Shown here piece by piece: positions 54,240 through 64,000 of a DNA stretch of 64,000 bases (position 1 is the stretch's first letter; each line of letters opens with the position of its first letter). Source of the stretch: Octopus sinensis (taxonomy: Eukaryota); contig NC_043018.1 of assembly GCF_006345805.1 (NCBI RefSeq), forward strand, positions 4,774,001 through 4,838,000, in the 5' to 3' direction. A program made the translations under genes and the position numbers. The notes under the pieces are model-generated. The model ran no database searches. It was not told the DNA's origin and saw only the letters and a program-made list of their open reading frames with translations.

Positions 54240-56110
54240 GCATCATCACTCCTGTAGATTTCCCAGGTCACATCCTGACTCTGACTTTGGGATTACACTA
54301 CCCCTGGTCCTCTGTATTCCGACTTAAGCCTAACAGTAGAATGCTTGAAACTTCTCAGCATTGAACTACTTTGTTATTTCCATCAGCCCACTTGTATATT
54401 TCGTTCAGGTCTTTCTGCAGTTTTAGGGTGTCATCAGGGTCGTTGACCACCTGTGATACTTTTGTATCACTAGCAGAGCTGAGGACATGTCTGAAAGAGT
54501 TACCACAAACAGTAGTGGTCCCAGTACTGTTCCTTGAGGGACTCTACTGAAAATTGGTGTCTTCCCAGAGAGAGCATCATTGGCTTCTGCCTTTTAAAAA
54601 AAGTTTTGCAGCCAATCCCCTAATTTTCCAATGATACCAACGTCACGCAGTTTGTGACATATCCCATGACCAACTGTCGAAGGCCTTGGCAAAGTCGAAA
54701 CTTATCACATCCACATTTGAGTTGTTCCAGTACCCAGTCATAATACTGTAGTAGCGGTTTCTCCCCGGACGGACGCCATGTTGTGTGTCTGTGAGCAGGT
54801 TATTTTCTCCCACGAACGTGTTCGGCCCCCACCTGACGATGCGTTCCATGGCAAACATGTGTTGTCAGAGAGATAAACCTGTATATTTTAGCCTCTGCCC
54901 TACTTCCTCCTTTATGAAGAAGGCATATTATGCCTTCTTTTAACGTTTTAGGAAGTTAGCCACATGCAAGCAAACTCTGAAAAAGTATCTGAAGTGCTTC
55001 TGCAAGAACTTCCTTGTGACCTTTTTTCAAAGAACGGCTGTAAATCCATCGAGGCCCGTTGCTGGGTTCGAGCACATAATCGATGGTTGCTTCTTTCACA
55101 TGTAGATCTGCAGTGTTTAAGAACTTACCAGGCTTGCTTATTTGCATATTACCCAGGGAATAGGTGGAGACACTTTGGAATTGTTTATTTAGCACTTCAC
55201 TTGCCGGGGGCGGGGGTCAGCAGTCAGTGGATTATCTCCTTCAAACAGTGGCTCCTGTCTTGGAGTGCACTGAGATAGATTCTTTCGCAGACTTGGAGAA
55301 GACTTTAGGATTAACTTTTATATTATCCTCCCCGCCCCTTGGTTTCTCTTCCTACCCTTTCTTTTTCCTTGCGAATGTCTGGGTTTATTTTCGATATCTA
55401 AGAGTGTCCCTTTGAGGAGGAATTTCTCATTGTCATTAAGCTATTTATAAAACAATTGGAGATCTTTATTCTCCGTCTCCTAACGACTCTCCTGTTTCGG
55501 GGAATGGTGCATTTGTATGTATTGGCTCTCTTCTCTGGAACAAATTTAACGCATATGGCTCGCATCGTTGACAGGAATTCTTTTAAGTTTCATATTAATG
55601 TTTTGAATAGAAAGACTTGAAACCAGTTTTGCTGGAGTTCCTGTTCTTCAAGTGAGATCCAGTCAGCCACGTAGAAATTCAAACTGGATAGGGTTTGGGT
55701 GTCTTTTGTGTGGAATACATCTTTACTTCCGGGATAGACGTTCTCAATTCTGTTATGATCTGAGAAAATTGTTGGTGATAGATTCACATCGCAGATAAAT
55801 TCCCCACTGTTGGTGAAGCAGAGATCTAAGATGGTTTTTCTTTCTGGTTGGAGAGAGGATGGTTTGTTTCATGGACATCTTTTCCATGAGATCAAGCAGG
55901 GATTCTGCTTGACTGTGCTCTTTGCGTGTCATTCCTGAGATTATGTCACCTTCCGGCCATCTTACGTTCGCGAAGTTGAAGTTACCCATCAAAAGCACAT
56001 TAACGCAATATTCTAGTTTTCTTCGGACATTTTCCCCTTCAACTTCATCATCGTGCTTTGAGACATCGGGTGGGCGAAATAATGTGTATATTACCACATC
56101 AAGTTGCTTT
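54240..56110 (-). mobile_element. Highly degenerate CR1-clade LINE (APE end + RT)
   Basis: LLMGNFNF, SPTRKKN.LDL, LLTDTQHG, VDVISFDFAKAFD, GVPQGTVLGP; many frameshifts; ends at a (CA)n tract. Confidence 0.8.
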
Positions 56111-56192
56111 AAATGCACTATCACACACACACACGCACGCACACACACACAGACACGCACACACACACACACACAGACACACGCACACACAG

Positions 56193-56228
<36 letters not shown>

Positions 56229-57164
56229 ACGTATGCATGTTTCATCTTTCATCGATTATTTTATTGTCATTTCATTTTCTATCTTAACACTTTTGGGGTT
56301 AAGATAGAAAATGAAATGACAATTAGATAATCGATAAAAGATTTAAATGAAAAACGTTAAGAACCAAAGGCAATAATAAAATATAGTAAACTCGCGGGAC
56401 CTGTGAATATTTCACAGAATTAATGGTCAACTCATTGGGCTGCGTCTGAAAACTTTATCCCAAAAGCCTGAAAGTGTAGCCTGTGTTATGTCTGTATCAA
56501 AAGAGAGTCGTTCATTTGCGCTATTCATTGAAATGTGAAGAAAATTGGAATACAATGATCCCTCAATGAACTTTATATACTTTATGCACAATTTTATAGA
56601 CTTAATATACAACACTCTCCCTCTTTTTACTCTCTTTTTTCTTTTGCTCTTCATCTTTCCCTTCAACTAATTACATGAAAGCATAACAGACAGGCTAAGT
56701 AACAGAGTAAAAATACTTAGTTAAAAAAAATAACACATTTCACTCACCACCACCTCCCCTCCCCATCTCCCATCACCTCCCTCTTCCCTCCCTACTCCTT
56801 CAACTAATCACATGGGAGCGTTACAGACAGGCTAAGTAACGGAGAAACAAGTAAAATTATTATGACAATTAAGGAGCTTATAAAAGGTACTGAAATGAGC
56901 AGGTAATTAAAAAAAAACGATCAAAATATTAAAAGAGATCGCCAAAACAGACTCGCACAACTTATATACACCATGATATCAACTTGTCACTTTCGTTTCT
57001 TACTCCCTTCTTTTTTTTATTTATACTTGGTCGTATCCGTCGCTACGCTGCCGGGAAAATATTTATTAATATCATGCACGAACCATCATAAATTGCTCAA
57101 AGTGAAAGTCTATTTTAAGTCTGTGTTGCGTTGTCAATATGTTAAAGACATAAACACACACGCG

Positions 57165-57352
57165 CGCATATATATATAATATATATATATAATATATATA
57201 TATATAACATATATATATATATAATATATATATATATAATATATATAATATATAATATATATATATATAATATATATATATATATAATATATATATATAT
57301 ATAACATATATATATATATAATATATATATAATATAATATATATATATATAT
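57165..57352. repeat. (TA)n-rich microsatellite; others: (CT)n 6368-6408, (CA)n 56122-56225, (TATG)n/(TG)n 58947-59095
   Basis: Direct reading of simple repeats. Confidence 0.95.
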
Positions 57353-57525
57353 AGTCTTTGTTTAACTGTCATCTCTTCCACTTTTTTCGTTTGAGTCAAT
57401 TAATAATGTTTGATTTGTTTATCTTGTTTTGTTTTTCATTTAAGATACAAACTCCGAGTGAAAACGACAGCAACGATAAGATCAACACCAATAACGAGAA
57501 AAAGAAAGACGTTACGAAATCAAAA

Positions 57526-57640
57526 ATGAAAAACCGTTCCTTGATGTTTCTTTTACAATGCGTTACTATTCTTCACTTTGTTACGGCTCAGGATCCAGTA
57601 ACAGAATCAAAGGATCTAGCCATCAATATGGGCGCATTAG
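57526..57640 (+). CDS. Orphan gene coding exon 1 (signal peptide)
   Basis: MKNRSLMFLLQCVTILHFVTAQDPVTESKDLAINMGAL; upstream tttaag acceptor at 57444 implies a 5'UTR exon further upstream; gtatgt donor. Confidence 0.72.
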
Positions 57641-58101
57641 GTATGTTGTAATTTGGTTAGATTTGGGGAAAAAGTGACCGAAAGAGTGCCGTGAAATTGC
57701 TGTGAGGATTGGCGTATGCAACGTTTCGGACAGTATCCTTTCTAAGATTGAAATTATAAGAAGGGGGGAAAGGTGGGGTGGAGAAAAGGGCTGCAGAGTT
57801 TTACATCGACGATTTTTTAAACAATTGGCTGCAAGTGATGCGGAAATCAAGACAATGTGTAGACAGAAATTAGTAGGAGATTAGAAAGAGAAACTAGATG
57901 AGAGATGAAGAAGAAGGAAAAAGAAATGAAAAGAAGAGAAGTGGGTGGGGTGGAAATGCGGTGAAAGATAAACTGAAGGATAAAAAATTGGATTATTGAA
58001 TGAAAGTGTGGTGAAAGAGTAGTAGAAGGGGAAACATTGATTGAAACCCAGCAACACCGTGGTTCCGAGTTTGAATATGATACATTGTTCCTTCCGTTTA
58101 C

Positions 58102-58132
<31 letters not shown>

Positions 58133-58301
58133 GTCCTATGATGTACAGAGACGCTCCCACACACTGATCAATGGTTAACGGAAGGGTTCGTTGCGTTGAA
58201 GTGGGGGGGGGTGACATACGTTATAGGGGGCTGCAAAAGGGATCGGCAACATGATAGACGGTTTTTCCAATATAAGGTGCACGGCAAAATTTGCAGCGTG
58301 C

Positions 58302-58336
<35 letters not shown>

Positions 58337-59038
58337 CGAATCGATTATAAAAATAAAAGCGAAAACAACAAAAAAGATGCACACGGTAAATGTATTAGGT
58401 TTACGCTCAGTTTAAGATGGAAAAAAATGTGGGGTGTGTAACGTTTCGTGCATGGCTCTTCGTCAGAAGGAGGAGAGAGGCAAGATCCGGAGAGAAGGAA
58501 AAAAGTCCCAAGTAAAGCATGTGTGGTTACATACACACACACACACATCAATAAAGTTAGATAAGGCCGGTCTATGGGACTACCCTGGGTTTCACGTTCA
58601 TAAAGCGCTTAGCTTTACGGCATATGATCAGATTCCAAACCTATTGGCTTATGGCCTCTCTAGAAAATGGATGAGGAAGTAACCTCGCTACTCAATGTCA
58701 ACAACAGGGGATTGTCTCCCTTTGGCTATCGATCGTAAGGGACCCTATTATTTTGTGGGTTCCAGTAAGCCAGCAAAAAGTTCCGTTCTGGAGTTAAGAA
58801 TGTTCCTGGGTCGAGAGAGTCCTTTCGTATCCTCGCCCATTCCGCTACAGTTTACAACGCTTAGTCCCGTTTATGTAGGGCCTGGATTTTCTAGGATTCT
58901 CCATGATATTGGCTCCTTAATTGGAATTTCAACATCAACAACAGGGTATGTATGTATGTATGTATGTATGTATGTATGTATGTATGTATGTATGTATGTA
59001 TGTATGTATGTATGTATGTATGTATGTATGTGTGTGTG

Positions 59039-59082
<44 letters not shown>

Positions 59083-59314
59083 ATGTATGTATGTTTGTAT
59101 ACGGGCAGATTTATGTTTTGTTTTATATATATCCTTCAAAACTTCCATGCTTCCTGAGATTCGCCAACACTACACTTGATTTTCTCCCCTCCATACACAC
59201 ACAAGCATGTTCACTTTCCAGACATTTCTACACTACTGCATGTACTTTATATGCCCTTTCTGACAAGTTGTGGTGCACCTGAGCACTGTATACAATAATT
59301 TCATTATATATATA

Positions 59315-59362
<48 letters not shown>

Positions 59363-60541
59363 ATATATATCTTCTCATGCATATACTCGCATATCTAGAC
59401 ATGCTCTTACATATTTAAATGATAAATATATAAGTGATGGATTGGATCTGTCGTCTTCGAATCAGCTTTCTCTTTTTCTGGTTTTGAGAAGCTTAATTTC
59501 TCAAGATTGGTATTTAGGCAGTGTGTTACATATATCCCAGCTTCCCAATAATTACAGGCATAAACCTGAACTTGTAATCTGGCTAGAGTAACTGCAGATT
59601 TCTCAGTTGTTCAGCGTCGGTATTCTCTTTTCCACTGATCATCAGCTTTATGTCAACATCCACTGGGCAGCAGCTCATTTCCACAAGTGGGGCATAGTTT
59701 CTCTTCTCTATCCCAAATGATTACATCAAGTCTATTGTGTGTGTGTGTGTTGACGTTTTTCGTTTTTGCTTTTTCTTCTTTCATTCGGTATCACTTCTTC
59801 CCTTATTTCCTTGGAGAATTTTTGACCAGTCTCTTTGGTTCATCTGGTTTATCATTATAACAATTATTTTTCGTCCTGGTATAAGGAGAAAAGTAAGCGA
59901 GACTTCAAGAAACGTATTACGGGAAGATTTTTGTAAACTGTATTTTCTGAATCTGAGGATGCACCATTGAATCGTAGGGAGGGGTCAGTGTCGCCCAGTG
60001 CATCCCTTTAGAGACGGGCATGTGTCTGTCCCTACTGGTCCATACGTTTACATGGCGGCTTCAAATGAAACCACCAAGTTAATTATTTAGCTTTCCGTAT
60101 AGTTTGTTACTTATTGTAGAGCTCATCGATATTGCCAGCATCCATACTTCATCTAAAATAAACCTTTTTTCTTATCTCTCTTCAGATTCGATGAATTGTG
60201 ATAATTCTAGCTACGCAATAATCCCACCAAAAGCAACTGTTTCACTACTGCAAGACGAAGTGAAACCGATGCTGCTTAACAATGATGTTGAAGAGACGAT
60301 ATTTGAGAACGTCAAAGAAGAAATGACGATAGTAAAGGGCGATATCAAAAATACGGTTGATAGAAAGCACGGAGAAAACATGACGACGGCTGAAAAAGAA
60401 GACAAAGAGACGATGTTTGCAAAATTCGTCCAGTATATAAAGTCCTGTGCTACTCCGGGCAACGCTTCCTTAATTTTCCCTTCTATATACGTATTGTTTG
60501 TTGTTGTCGTCACTGGGCTACAGATGTCATCCTATTTTTAA
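57526..60541 (+). CDS. Unrecognised 156-aa secreted, probably GPI-anchored protein (two coding exons)
   Basis: ATG 57526; exon 1 to 57640 (G|gtatgt, phase 1) joins exon 2 from 60186 (tcttcag|) in frame to TAA 60541. Hydrophobic N-terminal signal MKNRSLMFLLQCVTILHFVTA-QD and hydrophobic C-terminal tail GNASLIFPSIYVLFVVVVTGLQMSSYF. AATAAA at about 60605 and 60685. Confidence 0.75.
58690..58945 (-). mobile_element. Penelope-like element relic (GIY-YIG C-terminal region)
   Basis: Frameshifted ISWRILE / SRPYINGTKRCKL / NILNSRTELF, resembling the W.I....PY....KRC.LC...LNKRSE motif of Penelope-like elements. Confidence 0.55.
59420..59725 (-). mobile_element. Relic of an RLE-type (R4/NeSL-like) non-LTR element, endonuclease C-terminus
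   Basis: IIWDREEKLC..VEMSC.PVDVDIK...YKFRFMPVIIGKLGY...LIRRRQIQSI resembles PDI..WD...C...E.SCP.D...P..IG.LG. Confidence 0.55.
60186..60541 (+). CDS. Orphan gene coding exon 2
   Basis: Polypyrimidine tract plus cag; open non-repetitive frame DSMNCDNSS...QMSSYF-stop. Confidence 0.75.
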
Positions 60542-61270
60542 TTCTTGCTTAAGTCGAAGAAAAAACAAAAACTGGTTCAGGAAATACAGAGTTTAAAAGG
60601 AAGAATAAACTGGAAACAAGTTTTATAGAAACAAATAATTGAAAGTGGGAAGTTTAAAGAACTTCTGTTCATTTTTAGATTCTAAATAAACCTTTCGCTA
60701 TTCATTTATTTATTTTTTTTTTTGCCGATAACCAAGATATTCTAAATGTTCTTAAGACAAATTGTTTTGGAAAGTTTGTTTTCGTAGAAGTATCTTGGAA
60801 ATAACTAAAGAAAATCGGAAAAAATAACAAAACAGTTTTGAAGAAAATAAAGTTGTTTTCTTTTCGTGTTGATGTTGTTATTTAGGTGGCAAAACGTGGA
60901 AAGGAATCCAATTGTTATAACACCATTACACTATCACATTATCTCTACCCTATTACATATCCACCCTTTATTAAACTATTTACTACACATCTACCCTATC
61001 ATACTACCGCCAGTCCATTGCATATTTGCCGCATTCCCATATCTGGTTGTTTGGTTTGCTCTCGAGTGCAAGTCATAACTCTACTTGCTTTCTCTTTTCC
61101 TTTTTGGACACATGAGCTCCATATTTGTTGCTAACAACATAATCAAATATCAAATCAATGTTGTCATCTTTGTCTTGTGTACTAAAAATAGCCACTCTGG
61201 ATAGACTTCTTTCAGATTTCTTCAGCTCTAAGTAACTAAGTGAAAACGCCAACTAAATGAAAGATATGCT

Positions 61271-61350
61271 TTTCTCTTTCGTTTCTTTCTTACTTTCTCT
61301 TTCGTTTCTTTCTTACTTTCTCTTTTATTTCTTTCTTACTTTCTCTTTCA
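61271..61350. repeat. 23-bp pyrimidine minisatellite (TTTCTCTTTCGTTTCTTTCTTAC) x about 3.5
   Basis: Direct reading. Confidence 0.85.
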
Positions 61351-61619
61351 TTTACGAATGTACATTACGCACACACACGTAATAAACATCAATACATACA
61401 TGTGATGGGTTCACCCATTATCTCCCTATTTGCTATCACTGTGATGAACATTTAAGGATTGGGAAGGATTTGAGGTGGAGGTAATCTGGAACCGTAGGGG
61501 GGTAACTTGAAATCGATTTCAAATTACCCCGCGGATAATCTGAAAGCGATTTCAAGTTACCGGGGTTTAATCTGAATGGGAGGTAATCTGAAATCGCTAT
61601 ACCAGTAACTATCGCAACA

Positions 61620-63938
61620 TCGTCAAGGCATCGGTCTGGGCAGCAGTCATCTATGCTGGATCTGGTATTCTCCCGCTATCCAAGATCAGTGTCAGGCTTA
61701 TCTATGTGCGCCCCTCTTGCCAAGAGTGATCAGGCGGTCCTGAAGTTCGTCATGCACACAACTTTTTCTGCGCCCACGACTACTTCGCTGCCACGTAGAG
61801 TCTTCTCTGCAATCAATCTTGAAATTCTAACCGAAGATTCTGCGCTTCTGGACTGGCGATCCCTGATGACGATGTCCTCAGTTGACGAACTATGGTCGTC
61901 CCTCAAAGCATATGTAATCTGGTTGACTGACCAAGCAGTTCCCGTTGGGCTTCCCAAGAAGAAGAAACACAAGCCCTGGGTGACAAAGAAGGTTAAACGA
62001 GAAATTCGACTCAGAGATATTGCTTGGGCTGAATTAGAAAATCAAGATTCGACTGCAGCTTTTGTGGTATACAAAACTCAACGAGACCGAGCCGTGAAAA
62101 TTTAAAAGGAAGAACGCTTCAGATATAAATGCAGAATCGCGGCAAACGCCAGTCGCAATCCAAAAACCTTCTTTGCCCATGTCCGACGGAATTCCCGCTT
62201 GAACAACCAAATTGCAACGTTGGTAGACTCAACAGGCATATCGATTGAGGACCCTTATCAGCAGAGTCAGTTATTTGCCGAGGCTTTTTCGACAATTTTC
62301 AAACAAGATGATGGTCGTGAACCCCCTCCATTTGATAGATCGGTACCTCCAATGCCTAGATTGGTCATCACTCGGGACGAAGTCGAACGCGTTATTCAAG
62401 GCCTCGATGTCAACAAGGGTCACGGCCCTGACGGCATACACCCACAAGTTATCAAAGCGTTGGCTCCGGTCATCTGCGAGCCTTTAACACTTCTATTCAA
62501 TATGTCATTGGCGACGAGTATTGTACCTGCGGACTGGAGAACAGCGATTATCTGCCCGATTTTCAAGAAAGGGAGCCACGAAGACCTGCTTAACTACCGA
62601 CCGGTTTCCCTTACTTCAATAATCAGCAAGATGTTCGAAACCATCCTCAAGAAAAGTATGTTGCTTCACCTCCAAAACACAGCCTCTATCTCTGATTCCC
62701 AACACGGCTTCATGCCGAAGAGATCATGCTTGACCAACTTACTGGTAATGAAAGAATTGGTGACGCGTATCCTGAATGATGGTGATGCTGTTGACATTGT
62801 TTTATTGGACTTTGCCAAAGCTTTTGACTCGGTTAACTACCGCTTATTACTTTTCAAGCTTCAAGCATATCGTTTCCATCCGGATATTGTACGATGGGTT
62901 GGTGCCTTCCTCTCAGATCGCTCCTTCCAAGTCCAAGTTAATGGTTCGCTGTCCGACGTCTCCAGTGCGAGCAGTGGCGTGCCTCAAGGTTCAGTGCTTG
63001 GGCCGTTATTGTTTTTAGTCTTCATCAATGACTTGCCCGACGACCTCACGCAACACTCCCTTCTATTTGCCGACGATGTCAAACTGGTCGCTCCTCGCAG
63101 TGATATAGATGATCTTCGTCGATGCCTCCACCAAGTTTGGAGATGGTCAAACGAATGGGACCTGTGTCTGAACGTGTCAAAGTGCTGTCATCTGCCTGTT
63201 GACTCCTCTCCTGCAACTCAACTTGATTTCGAGCCGGGTCGTCTGCTGCTGGAGAAGACCGACCAAGTAAAGGACCTGGGTATCTTGGTGGATTCTTCCT
63301 TTTCGCCTTCGGCCAAATGCGTCCATGCTGCCAATAAAGCACGCGGAGTTCTGTTTTTGATTCGACGGTCATTCGGAATGCTCACAGCAGCCATATTCCT
63401 ACCGCTCTATGTCATGCTGGTGAGACCCATATTGGAGTACGGGATTCAAGCCTCTTCTTCTTATCTCCTCAAAGACATACATCATCTCGAAAGAGTCCAG
63501 AAGCTGGCTACCCGCATGGTTCTTGGTCTCAAGCATTTGTCTTATGAAGAAAGGCTGAAGACGCTCGACCTTTATTCTCTCGAAAAACGACGACGCCGTG
63601 GTGATCTCATTCTCGCTCACAACATCATAAGCGGAAAGTGTAACCTCTCGAAAGAGCTGTTCTTCACTCCTGCTCCAGAGTGTGGGCTGCGGGGTCACTC
63701 CAAAAAGCTCTATCTACGACGATTTCATCTCTATTGAAGGAGAGGGGCTTTCTCCGTCCGGGTTGCGGATCAGTGGAATAAGCTGCCGGACGAGATAGTG
63801 AAGATGCCGACGACCGCTCGGTTCAAAGTCTCTCTTGACCAGAAATGACCTGAACTCTTTGTATGAACACCCTCCCTGTCCCCCTACATGGCCTTGCTTT
63901 TGCTTTTTGAACCAATAAAATTGAATTGAATTGAATTG
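61620..63938 (+). mobile_element. CR1-clade LINE, 5'-truncated ORF2 (APE end + RT) with two nonsense codons and (TTGAA)n tail
   Basis: One frame 61653-63848 interrupted only by TAA 62103 and TGA 63735. LDLVF..PLAKSD, GPDGIHP, YRPVSLTS, QHGF..RSCLTNL, DFAKAFDSV, GVPQGSVLGPLLF, LFADDVKL, LVRPILEY, RRRGDLI. Confidence 0.95.
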
Positions 63939-64000
63939 TAAAGATTTGAAATCGTTATGCCGGTTTAAATGTGCAAGGTTAAAATTCGGTTTTTTAGCGA

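Noticed and set aside
55753-59282. ORFs rich in CV, HT, YI or MYVC repeats
   Set aside because: They derive from (CA)n, (TA)n and (TATG)n microsatellites.

Overview
AT-rich, repeat-dense eukaryotic DNA. The SINE, RTE and microsatellite landscape looks like a coleoid cephalopod, probably Octopus (inference). Positions 5741-45886 (+) carry 20 phase-consistent coding exons of a SMARCAD1/Fun30/Etl1-type SNF2 chromatin remodeller, about 937 codons, with two CUE-like regions and a DEGH-box ATPase. Its start exon was not found and probably lies upstream of the window. A second two-exon gene (57526-57640 + 60186-60541, +) encodes an unrecognised 156-aa protein with a signal peptide and a GPI-anchor-like C-terminus. 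Introns and intergenic DNA contain RTE, BovB-like RTE, CR1, Penelope-like and RLE-type LINE remnants, a Tc1 element with IR/DR ends, hAT and piggyBac-like MITEs, a Helitron-like element and several SINE families. The most notable oddities are the orphan secreted/GPI gene, a 28S rRNA pseudogene fused to an RTE tail, a ~230-bp-arm fold-back whose arms each carry a degenerate hammerhead-ribozyme-like motif, and twin expanded RTE 3'UTR arrays flanking one exon. All coordinates were read by eye; no database searches were run.
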